From Amoebidium appalachense (lineage: Eukaryota > Protista > Ichthyosporea), in the NCBI GenBank assembly GCA_963693365.1, contig CAVNZM010000018.1, positions 925,861 to 989,860 of the forward strand: a stretch of DNA of 64,000 nucleotides, read 5' to 3'. Shown piece by piece: positions 28,366-38,466 of the stretch. The translations under genes and the position numbers were made by a program. Position 1 is the stretch's first letter; every line of letters begins with the position of its first letter. A model generated the notes under the pieces. The model worked only from the letters and a program-made list of their open reading frames with translations, did no database searches and was not told the DNA's origin.

Positions 28366-29620
28366 GGCAAAAAAAGAGTCGACAGAACGAACCTCAAACA
28401 TAGTAAGGACGGAAACCCGGACCAGAACTTATAAGTCTAGAGAGCAGAAAATAGCTTGAACGACTGGTGGAGGGGATGATAGCTATAGTGCTAACAGCAA
28501 AAGTAGTGCCCACAGTCGCTGGTTCATGAACGTGAAAAGGCAACGTGCATCTGCAGCCAGCAGGCACACGCACACGCACGCACACACATACACACACACG
28601 CACACAGACACAGACATAATCACAGGCACGGACACAGACCAGACAGACAAACGCCACATGCACAAAAGCAGGCAACACAAACCTAACCTTCAAACGGCCT
28701 TTCAGCCGTTAGGCGAAGAAGCTGCAGCATGCAGCATGGTCGAAACCATTCAGCACGGTGGCTGCGCGACCTGCGGAGGGCAAAAAAAGAGTCGACAGAA
28801 CCAACCTCAAACTTAGTAAGGACGGAAACCCGGACCAGAACTTATGAAGTCTAGAGAAGCAGAAAATAGCTTGAACGACTGGGGGAGGGGATGATAGCTA
28901 TAGTGCTAACAGCAAAAGTAGTGCCCACAGTCGCTGGTTCATGAACGTGAAAAGGCAACGTGCATCTGCAGCCAGCAGGCACACGCACACGCACGCACAC
29001 ACATACACACACACGCACACAGACACAGACACAGACACAGACATAATCACAGGCACGGACACAGACCAGACAGACAAACGCCACATGCACAAAAGCAGGC
29101 AACACAAAACTAACCTTCAAACGGCCTTTCAGCCGTTAGGCGAAGAAGCTGCAGCATGCAGCATGGTCGAAACCATTCAGCACGGTGGCTGCGCGACCTG
29201 CGGAGGGCAAAAAAAGAGTCGACAGAACCAACCTCAAACATAGTAAGGACGGAAACCCGGACCAGAACTCATGAAGTCTAGAGAAGCAGAAAATAGCTTG
29301 AACGACTGGTGGAGGGGATGATAGCTATAGTGCTAACAGCAAAAGTAGTGCCCACAGTCGCTGGTTCATGAACGTGAAAAGGCAGCGTGCATCTGCAGCC
29401 AGCAGGCACACGCACACGCACGCACACACATACAATCACACGCACACAGACACAGACACAGACACAGACATAATCACAGGCACGGACACAGACCAGACAG
29501 ACAAACGCCACATGCACAAAAGCAGGCAACACAAAACTAACCTTCAAACGGTCTTTCAGCCGTTAGGCGAAGAAGCTGCAGCATGCAGCATGGTCGAAAC
29601 CATTCAGCACGGTGGCTACG
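28366..29620. repeat. Tandem triplication of 415-427-bp units
   Basis: GGCAAAAAAAGAGTCGACAGAAC... recurs at about 28366, 28780 and 29207. Confidence 0.95.
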
Positions 29621-29624
29621 CGAA

Positions 29625-29755
29625 CTGCGGATGGGACCTGTGACCAGGCGACCTGCGGGAGGCGACCTGCGGGAAGGGAACTGCGACCAGGCGACCTGCG
29701 GGAAGAGACCTGCGACCAGGCGACCTGCGGGAAAGGACCTGCGGACCTGCGGCCT
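29625..29755. repeat. Short GCGACCTGCGGGA repeats
   Basis: Several GACCTGCG units in about 130 bp. Confidence 0.8.
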
Positions 29756-30879
29756 TCGAAGGGGGAAGAGAAATGGAGCAAACAACGTGCGTACAGGCTT
29801 AAACGGACAAAAAATTGCAAACCGGATTGGGTTTAGCCAATCACTATTTGCTATCAGAAGCGGTTTCCCATGGTGTACATAATGTGATTGGATCGATTCT
29901 CGGCGGATCGGTGAGGTTGGCGATATGGTGGACATATTTCGGACACCGTTGCCATACGTTCCGACGGAGCTTAAGTTATAACGTTAACGCTGTTTACTCA
30001 AGGCCTATCCCCGCTTTACGTAGAAAGGTCATGTGTGGGGGAAGATGTGAACACCCAGACGTGTATGTACACCCGGGCAGGCCTGTGTACTCGTTGTTAT
30101 GTTAATAGTTGGTTGATGGAGTACATCTTCAACGCGACGTATACACGCGTGCGTGCGATTCAGCAAGGGGTCCCCATATGGCTCTCGTATTATTTATATT
30201 CGTGTGATATATATATTCTATGTACTATCTATTACCAATATACGTTACGTATTGGTACAATATCACCAATACGAATTAAATATCGTCACGCGTGATGGTG
30301 ATGGCATCCATGTAGCTCTGCAGCAGTGTGTGTGTGTGGTGCGTGTGTGTGTGGTGTGGAGAGGCGGCCTGGGGTGGGGGGGGGGGGGGGGGGAGGGGGG
30401 GGGGGGAGGGCCGGGGGGGGGGGGGGGGGGGGGGGGGGAGGGGGGGGGGGGGGGGGGGGGATAGGCAAATACCAGACAGTGATGCATAATTGCACATTCT
30501 TTTGCAGCTACAGTTTGATGATATTTACCCACCGTGTGCACCACACATGTGACCCCAGTCTTCCGAGGTGGTGTCACAGGTGGGCGCCAACACCAATAAA
30601 TTGACTGGTGACGGGTGTACAACCAAAGAAACTCAGCAGCACATATAATAACGTTGATGCTATACCCTGCCTAGTTAACGTAATAATAAGTGCACCATCG
30701 CACGCGTGACCCCCTCCCCCCCCCCCCCCCGGGGGGGGGGGGGGGGGGTTTGCCGCGCGGTACCCCTGATATTGTAGGTGTACACTGCCCCCACAACCCC
30801 AACTGTGTGCTGAATATCTCGTGCTAGGAAACCAATAACGCGAAACTAACACATGCCGCATGATATATGATATATTGGT

Positions 30880-31760
30880 ACAAGGGGGTTTCAATCCGGG
30901 CTACAATGATGTGTTTTTTTCGTGTGACCCTCGTACTCCAGAGGCACATTCACCATCCCCCCCATAAACTTTGTGGTAAATTTCTCGTGCTAGAAGCTGT
31001 TCTGTGGGTAGTTAATGAAAAAACCAATAATGTCTAGGTAACACATGTACATATACTATGCTACAAGGGGGGTTCTATACGAGCTACAACGTTGTGGTTT
31101 TTTCGTGTGCCCCTCGTACTCCAGGGGCACATTCCCCATCCCCCCCATAAACTTTGTGGTAAATTCCTCGTGCTAGAAGCTGTTCTGTGGGTAGTTATTG
31201 AAAAAACCAATAATGTGTAAGTAACACATGTACATATATTATGCTACAAGGGGGGTTCTATTCGAGCTACAACGTTGTGTTTTTTTCGAGTGACCCTCGT
31301 ACTCCAGGGGCACATTCACCATCCCCCCCATAAACTGTGTGGTAAATGTCTCGTGCTAGAAGCTGTTTTGTGGGTAGTTATTGAAAAAACCAATAACTTA
31401 GTAGGTAACACATGTACATATACTATGCTACAAGGGGGGTTCGATACGAGCTACAACGTTGTGGTTTTTTCGTGTGCCCCTCGTACTCCAGGGGCACATT
31501 CACCAACCCCCCCATAAACTTTGTGGTAAATTTCTCGTGCGAGAGGCTGTTCTGTGGGTAGTTATTGAAAAAACCAATAATGTCTAGGTAACACATGTAC
31601 ATATACTATGCTACAAGGGGGGTTCTAAACGAGCTACAACGTTGTGTTTTTTTCGTGTGACCCTCGTACTCCAGGGGCACATTCACCATCCCCCCATAAA
31701 CTTTGTGGTAAAGGTCTCGTGCTAGAAGCTGTTCTGTGGGTAGTTAGTGAAAAAACCCGA
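30880..31760. repeat. Tandem array of ~183-bp units (about 4.7 copies)
   Basis: GCTACAA(C/T)G recurs at about 30900, 31083, 31266, 31450 and 31633. Confidence 0.95.
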
Positions 31761-32600
31761 TGCTTATAAGTAACGCATGCACAAATTGTCATCAAAGCAT
31801 TATACTACCATAGTAGTTGGTCGACAATAACGATATCTTGGGAACGTGGACACCATATTGTAAACCAAAAAATAATAACACCATAATATACTTACTACAC
31901 ATACCAAACAATGTATTCTTATGCCAACGTCGTCTTTACCAGCCCCAGCAAGGGGATACATGAGCCGGTGCCTGTGGATCAATCTCACAAGCAGGCACAG
32001 GTGTGCTCCACAGGAGCAATGAAAAGAATGACAAATGTCATACAGAAACATGCTCAAAAAACGTAGCCTAGTGCCTAAATAGGCAAAGGGTGTGGTGGGT
32101 GGGCAAAAACTTAGCTAAAAAATTGGGCCTAAAGAGACCTAAACGCGCTCAGTAGCGCCGCAACTGACCTCCCTGGGGCCGCGCGAGCTCATTATAGAGC
32201 GCGGCCCACATTTTTGCCTATGGAAATATGAAGAAATGATTTAGAACCTATCAAATCCATGAAATCTACCAAAATGGAATTTTTGCTGCACATCAACCAA
32301 TGAAATTTTCACAAGTAACTAAAACCCATAGATCATAAGGACCAAATCGATTGCCGCCCATTTCGGACTAGATATAACTCAAACTCACCAATATATCCAT
32401 ATGGGGGGTTTACGCTGTTTACTCGAGGCAAAGAGAACCAGTCTCAGGTATGGGGGGGGGGGTTTTGCTCGGAATATCCCCTCAGCGGTATATCATGATC
32501 ACGTACATAGATGTCGGGTGGTAACTATATATCAGGGTTTACTTTCTCTACGAGACACCATAAAGACTACAAGGAGAAATCAATTAGTTGGGGTTCCCCC

Positions 32601-32646
<46 letters not shown>

Positions 32647-32678
32647 GGGCTCCCCTCGGGACACTCGGTATCAGCTGG

Positions 32679-32745
<67 letters not shown>

Positions 32746-32749
32746 TGCG

Positions 32750-35700
32750 CTATAATTTTGTAGTGATGTGTTTCTCAAGCCAATCAATACATCTAATAAA
32801 CAGGTCGTAGTTACGCGTGTTTAGTATAAAATCAAGGATGTTGTAATTTACAGGTAGGCTATCTTTCTGGGTGTCTGTTGTGAATGTGACGTGTGTGTGT
32901 TGCGGTATTATGTGGTCTATCAAACTACATTTGGCGATACATGACCGGTTAAACTGGTGTGTGTGTGTGTTGTTTGGGCATGCAAATGATGCCACCTTAT
33001 ACTTATTAGATCTCCACTGTATAGCACGTGTACAGTAAAAGCGTGGTAATTGATCAATAATACCATCAGCTAGAGAAAGACCAGTTCTACAGGAAGGTAA
33101 TATGTATTTAGGTGTTATACACTTGCGAGTGCCATATTTGGCAATATGGTTGAGGCGGTCAGTATATATAAAACGAGACATAAGGCTTAGTTTTTCAAGG
33201 TGTATGCTTTCATCGGGTCTAGTGTCGTGTGGTATCTTTTTCCATTTGTTATATTGCGTGATTATCTTGTGATTGTGTACATGTTTAATAAGTAAGTGGC
33301 AGTCCAAAGTCACACACACACTATTGCGGGGTTTATTTGTATTTGTGCCCAGGGGAGAAGGGGAGAGAGAGGGGAGGAAAGAGGGGAGAGGTGAGGAGGG
33401 GACAGGTCGGATAGAGAAGAGAGGGTGGGAGGGCAAATACTTCTTTAAGCGGCTTATGTGCTTATTGAATTTCAGCGCGAGATAGGATACTCTAGCAGCT
33501 ATTGGGACCAGACCATATATCGAGAGCGTTACAGGCCCAGGTTTACAACAGTTGTTAGATAGAAAGGAGGCAACTTCTGCTTCAAGGAAATTTGCCAAGG
33601 GTTTAAGCGCTCTAGTTCTCTCTTTCTTGATCCAAGCTGCGAGAAGGGGTAAACCATATTCACATGCCGGGAAGACAAAAGTGCGAATAAATGTAAGTCT
33701 AATAGAAGGATGGAGGGGTGTGTCTTTAAAAATATTAGCCGAGAAGAAAGCTAACCGCTTACGAGCCAACTCTACCCTCTTTTCGACCATATGGGGAAAC
33801 ATAACACCAACAGAATCAACCGGAACACCAAGATATTTGTATTCTGGAACTATAGGTACAGGTTTAGATGATAATGTAAATGTGTGTAAATTGTTAGCTA
33901 TATCAGGTACAAGAACACCACATTTGTCTATGTTAAGGATCATAAGGTTTGCCTTGCACCACTCTGACACTACATCGAACAATCTTTGCAGGCGTCTAGG
34001 GGTACGGGCAAGGAGGGACAGATCATCAGCATAGAGAAGTGCAGGCGGAAAGTTATTAATAGGGTCATCGTTTTCGGCGTAAATCTTGACAGCCAAATCA
34101 TCTATAAATAGGTTAAACAAAAAGGGGCTAAGCAATGAACCCTGCAAGAGACCTCTAGTACGAGCAAAACCATATGAAAGATGCCCATTAACCACAGCTC
34201 TACCATAGGTTTGAGACAAGAGTGCTTCTAACAGAACACCAATGCAGTGTGGTACACCCCGTGCAGCAAGCTTTTCCCATAGGAGACCAGGGGAGACAGA
34301 ATCGTAAGCAGTTTTCCAATCAATAAAGCCAACATATTGTGCACCAACTTGCATAGAATCGTGCAGTGCCATTATTTGAACATAACATGAATTGTTTTTA
34401 CGAAAAGCGGATTGGCATGGGTGTATGTGAAGAATAGATTGAAACCTAGGGTGATGTGCAAATAACCTAAGTAAGCAAGCTTCAAAGAATCTACGAACAA
34501 CCTGGGTTAGTGTAATGGGGCGAAAGGATGATATGGGGCCCTCAGAGTCCTTCTTAACTATGGGGATCACTAAGGTATCTAACCAAGATGACGGGACATG
34601 TCCACATTTAACACACCAAGAAAAGAGAGAGCTTAACATGATAGTAAGATCAGGTTTAATAGCACGATCACTTTCCTTTTGTGGGTAGGAGGGAACAAGG
34701 ATTTTAAGAAACCCAGCAGGGAGTCCATCAGGTCCACAAGACTTACTAGAGCTATAACTAGATATCACAGACCATATGGCATCGGGACTGAAAAAGGGGA
34801 GGATCGATTCTATGGGGATAGATGGGTCTACAGGCCACACAATAGGTTTCTGAGCGGGGGTCCTATCTTTAAACAGTTCCGAGAAATACTTATCAGAGTC
34901 TATGAGGGGGTCTCCAGTGGTATCACCAATAATACGAGCAGGGGGGCCAAATCGATTCATACTAGCAAGCCGGCGCAAGCTTTCCTTTTGAGACAGGGGT
35001 TCACCTAGTCTAGCGGGAGTGGTGTTTGGTAACAAGAGAGCATCGGGATATTCCTTCCTACCACCGCCAGCATAATCACCGAGATCTATCAAATCATCAA
35101 CAATAAAGTTAGTGCATGTATCTAGTACGAGATGTGAATCTGGCCTGGCTTGTGCAGATTCTAATAGGCGCATATATATAGGGTGTTTCGTAGCATAGCA
35201 TACACATACATCAACTCTACCCCACTGTGACTTTAGCTGGGATAGACGGAGGCGAAAGGTGGGAGGGGGAGGGGGGAGCAGATCAAGGGAGATCTTAGGT
35301 AGGAAAAGGATAGGAGAGTGGTCAGATGACCTAGAGAGGTTAGGAGGGAGAGAGAGTTTTGACATGGTTGATGGCCAAAAGGCCACTCCCCAGTCGGTGT
35401 TGTGGGCATGGGATATTTGAGGGAACCGCAAAGTGTGACTTTGGACATACCTTGCTAAAGGGATAGCACGCTCCGGGGGCTTAGATGGGTACCCGACACT
35501 CACTTGCAGTGTGTCTGTGTGGTGGAGTCGCGTGTTAAAATCACCTAAAATAACAGTGGACATTGGTAACTGTGACAACTCGTGAGTCAATTCGACAACC
35601 GACATAGATGGTGGGTAATATACAAAAGTAAAAACATTAGAAAGAAACTCTATAGAAACCGAGAATTCCGTTTTTGCTACCGGTTTGCACTTCACTCTCA

Positions 35701-35944
35701 CGTGTGGTGCGGCAAGTACAATAATGCCTCGGTTTTTCGCGTAACCGGGGTGTGTGGATGTGTCGACCAATGTAGAGTTGAATTTGTGGTGGTTTTTAAA
35801 CTGTGTTTCGCAAATCACTGTAAACTTGTGGTTGTTTGTCTGTTGTTGTATGTAGCTGATTTTATCGTCGAGTGTCCCGGGGGGGAGGCCCTTTTGGGGG
35901 CCCAGTGTCCGAGCATTCCAGAAGAAGAAGGATAAATTAGGCAT
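32750..35944 (-). CDS. LINE ORF2: AP endonuclease + reverse transcriptase (1064 aa)
   Basis: WNARTL, ICETQ, GDFN, SDHSPI; GPDGL, FRPITL, IDWKTAYDSV, GLLQGSLLSPFLF, YADD, YKYLGV. Confidence 0.95.
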   Translation of the reverse strand: MPNLSFFFWNARTLGPQKGLPPGTLDDKISYIQQQTNNHKFTVICETQFKNHHKFNSTLVDTSTHPGYAKNRGIIVLAAPHVRVKCKPVAKTEFSVSIEFLSNVFTFVYYPPSMSVVELTHELSQLPMSTVILGDFNTRLHHTDTLQVSVGYPSKPPERAIPLARYVQSHTLRFPQISHAHNTDWGVAFWPSTMSKLSLPPNLSRSSDHSPILFLPKISLDLLPPPPPTFRLRLSQLKSQWGRVDVCVCYATKHPIYMRLLESAQARPDSHLVLDTCTNFIVDDLIDLGDYAGGGRKEYPDALLLPNTTPARLGEPLSQKESLRRLASMNRFGPPARIIGDTTGDPLIDSDKYFSELFKDRTPAQKPIVWPVDPSIPIESILPFFSPDAIWSVISSYSSSKSCGPDGLPAGFLKILVPSYPQKESDRAIKPDLTIMLSSLFSWCVKCGHVPSSWLDTLVIPIVKKDSEGPISSFRPITLTQVVRRFFEACLLRLFAHHPRFQSILHIHPCQSAFRKNNSCYVQIMALHDSMQVGAQYVGFIDWKTAYDSVSPGLLWEKLAARGVPHCIGVLLEALLSQTYGRAVVNGHLSYGFARTRGLLQGSLLSPFLFNLFIDDLAVKIYAENDDPINNFPPALLYADDLSLLARTPRRLQRLFDVVSEWCKANLMILNIDKCGVLVPDIANNLHTFTLSSKPVPIVPEYKYLGVPVDSVGVMFPHMVEKRVELARKRLAFFSANIFKDTPLHPSIRLTFIRTFVFPACEYGLPLLAAWIKKERTRALKPLANFLEAEVASFLSNNCCKPGPVTLSIYGLVPIAARVSYLALKFNKHISRLKKYLPSHPLFSIRPVPSSPLPSFLPSLSPSPLGTNTNKPRNSVCVTLDCHLLIKHVHNHKIITQYNKWKKIPHDTRPDESIHLEKLSLMSRFIYTDRLNHIAKYGTRKCITPKYILPSCRTGLSLADGIIDQLPRFYCTRAIQWRSNKYKVASFACPNNTHTHQFNRSCIAKCSLIDHIIPQHTHVTFTTDTQKDSLPVNYNILDFILNTRNYDLFIRCIDWLEKHITTKL

Positions 35945-37121
35945 CGGTTTGGTCCGACACCTGTGGGGTTGGTTCCCACTTGTCGCTTACGGGGTCGTAT
36001 GCACGACCTTCCGCCAGCGCGAACAGTTCGCAGAAGAGCTCGATTTCCATCTCGCATCGGCGTTTGCGCTCGAGCAGTTTCTCACCAGAAAACATTGGTT
36101 CCTTCGTGTCCGTGTCTATCACGCTCGTAGCATCGTTTTCCAACTTTGCGAGGAACTCTTTTGCCTTGCTGATGCGTACACGACAACGTGTGGCGCACGC
36201 ATTCTTAGCAGACACTTTACGTTCTTTGTCTGCTTTCTGAATGTTTTCCGGCGCGCATGGGTCGTAGCTTGGGAGGTGGGTGAAGAAGCTTCCACACCCC
36301 TTTGTCGCGTCACGGATGAACGCACGGTTATAGTCGCCCCGTACTGCTACTTCCAGCACATCGTATCCAATGAAGGACAGACAAAGGATGCGAGAGCACC
36401 GGAAGCCGAGAGCCTTGAAGATGGACCACATGGCCCTGTGTGGGCGTCTGCCGTGCTTGACTTTGAAATACACCCTCTCGTATTTGGGTGGGATGTTGAT
36501 GTTACCGTTTGCTTGGGTGTTCCCCTTAGCCGGCGGTTTGGGAGGGGAGTTGCGGCGGTACTCGTTGCCTGCAAGAATGCTGGCATATGTTTCCTTGGCA
36601 ATTTGGCGGAGCTCGGGTGTTTTACGAGAGTTCGCATATTCTAGGAACTCTGCCGGGAGCTGTGCTTCCGGTCCTGTGTTGTTTTGTGTTGGGGTGGAAA
36701 TGTCTCCGTCGCGAGATGTTTGCTCATGAGTTTTGGGGTTTTGCGATCCACTAATGTTTAGCTGGGCTGTGAGTGAATCAATGGTGAGCTTGAGTTGGGT
36801 ATTTTCTGTTTGGAGTTTTTCTATCATGTTCTTGAGTGGTAACAGCTCATTTAGCTGTTTCTTAACGAGGGCAAGTTCTGCCAGTACTGTATCAACCGAA
36901 AGTTTCGGCATGGTTGTTATTGTGTTTCTACGGAGTGGTGTGGTGTTATTCTGAATGGGTAGTGTATTGTAAATAGGTGTTGCGCTTAGTCTAAGGCGAT
37001 GTTTTTCTGGTTGTGCATCTGTGGTAGGTGTATCTGCTGGACGTTTTAATGGTCGCACATGTGTGATGGGTGTAGATGGAACTTTGAAAGAGGTTCTGAA
37101 ACGATTATAGGCATGTGCCAT
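35937..37121 (-). CDS. LINE ORF1 (394 aa, coiled-coil N-terminal region)
   Basis: Open ORF upstream of ORF2 and overlapping it by 8 nt (ATGCCTAA); heptad-like segment LALVKKQLNELL..IEKLQTENTQLKLTIDSL. Confidence 0.85.
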   Translation of the reverse strand: MAHAYNRFRTSFKVPSTPITHVRPLKRPADTPTTDAQPEKHRLRLSATPIYNTLPIQNNTTPLRRNTITTMPKLSVDTVLAELALVKKQLNELLPLKNMIEKLQTENTQLKLTIDSLTAQLNISGSQNPKTHEQTSRDGDISTPTQNNTGPEAQLPAEFLEYANSRKTPELRQIAKETYASILAGNEYRRNSPPKPPAKGNTQANGNINIPPKYERVYFKVKHGRRPHRAMWSIFKALGFRCSRILCLSFIGYDVLEVAVRGDYNRAFIRDATKGCGSFFTHLPSYDPCAPENIQKADKERKVSAKNACATRCRVRISKAKEFLAKLENDATSVIDTDTKEPMFSGEKLLERKRRCEMEIELFCELFALAEGRAYDPVSDKWEPTPQVSDQTDA

Positions 37122-37536
37122 GACATGGATGGGGGTGTTCCCCGGCCCTTAGGGCCACGGATGGCCTGGTTTAGGGGTGGATGCGCGAAGGATACTATTT
37201 ATTAGCAGATAATAAAGAGCGACATTTGATATGGCATATCCCACAGAACATAAAAACAGCTACAGCTCCCTAAATAAAAATGCTAGCAGCCTGAAACTTT
37301 GCACACACATCAAACACACCATGGCCTACAGCATTATACTACCATGAAGTTTACAGCACACTCGCAACACACAATTTCACTCCAACGGGGCTATCTAATT
37401 CTCCTGCAAAGAAAACACGTTTACAAACTTAATATTCTTATGCCAACGTCGTCTTTACCAGCCCCAGCAAGGGGATACATGAGCCGGTGCCTGTGGATCA
37501 ATCTCACAAGCAGGCACAGGTGTGCTCCACCACTCC

Positions 37537-38466
37537 CTACCTGGCACGGGAAGGAACGAACCATGCCGTGGGTGACTGACGCAGCGCTGCAGCCCGGGCA
37601 AGGAGCGACGCAGGCACGCGAATAGAAAGAACAAGAGACTGGCCGGTCTGCACATACCGGCGGAGGGAGGCATGCGATCTCCATCGACCACGCAGAGCAA
37701 TCGTCTCTACTGAAACACCCCTGACATAGTCTCTCGAGGCACCACCATGGCGAAGACTGTGAAGATGGAACCCATACTCGTTGAGGCCGAGGGAGTCACA
37801 TGCCGCTTGGAACTTGGCACGCAGAACATCATACGAGAAAGGAAACAGCCGCGCAGAAGGGGGGGCGCCACGGAACCAGAAAGACAAGATGGCCAACAGG
37901 GACGGATCGGTGATGGGGACAAACTGATTTGGACCGGTCTTGGTGTCGGCCAGGCGGATGCCGCCTGTACCGGGTGGCATGTCGTGGGGAACGGGGTCGT
38001 CGGGCAAAATAAGATCCGCACGGGTGAGCATAAGCAGCTCACTGACACGAAAATAGCACTCAAATCCAAGCAAAACAGCAATACCAAACAAGGGGCCAAT
38101 TTTGGAATACAAATGATGGCCAATGACGAGGACCAATGAAAACGGAAGCGGGGGCGTGGTCTTTGCTGGAACAAGCCGGTTCCAGCCCTGCAGGCTCCGT
38201 TGGGCGGCCTGCAGGTGTGGACCCAGGCGTGGCATGAAATGCTTGATGCCGGCAGCTGTGTTGACACAGCGCTGACGCTGGCCACGCGATGGATCAATGG
38301 CATAACACTCCTCAAAATACTCCACCAGGAGGTCGTCCAGTTCGGCGGGGGACTTGGTGTCGGTACCAGCGGGCAACCAATCCAGGAACTCAACAACAGC
38401 ATCCCGGTAGGCCTTGAGGGTTGGGGGCTTTATGGCCTGGTCAGCCAGAAAACCGCGAGGGACCAT
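37537..38466 (-). CDS. Tyrosine recombinase, open 309-aa ORF (copy 3)
   Basis: R, K, HxxR, W and Y catalytic motifs intact. Confidence 0.9.
   Translation of the reverse strand: MVPRGFLADQAIKPPTLKAYRDAVVEFLDWLPAGTDTKSPAELDDLLVEYFEECYAIDPSRGQRQRCVNTAAGIKHFMPRLGPHLQAAQRSLQGWNRLVPAKTTPPLPFSLVLVIGHHLYSKIGPLFGIAVLLGFECYFRVSELLMLTRADLILPDDPVPHDMPPGTGGIRLADTKTGPNQFVPITDPSLLAILSFWFRGAPPSARLFPFSYDVLRAKFQAACDSLGLNEYGFHLHSLRHGGASRDYVRGVSVETIALRGRWRSHASLRRYVQTGQSLVLSIRVPASLLARAAALRQSPTAWFVPSRAR

Larger units (their letters stand above)
32405..37228 (-). mobile_element. Full-length non-LTR retrotransposon (LINE, APE+RT)
   Basis: Two intact ORFs; flanked by 6-bp TSD ATATGG (32399-32404 and 37229-37234) within repeat A. 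Confidence 0.93.

Noticed and set aside
24971-31760. CRISPR-like or coding interpretation of the tandem arrays
   Set aside because: No unique spacers or cas genes; units are homogeneous and frames shift or stop between units
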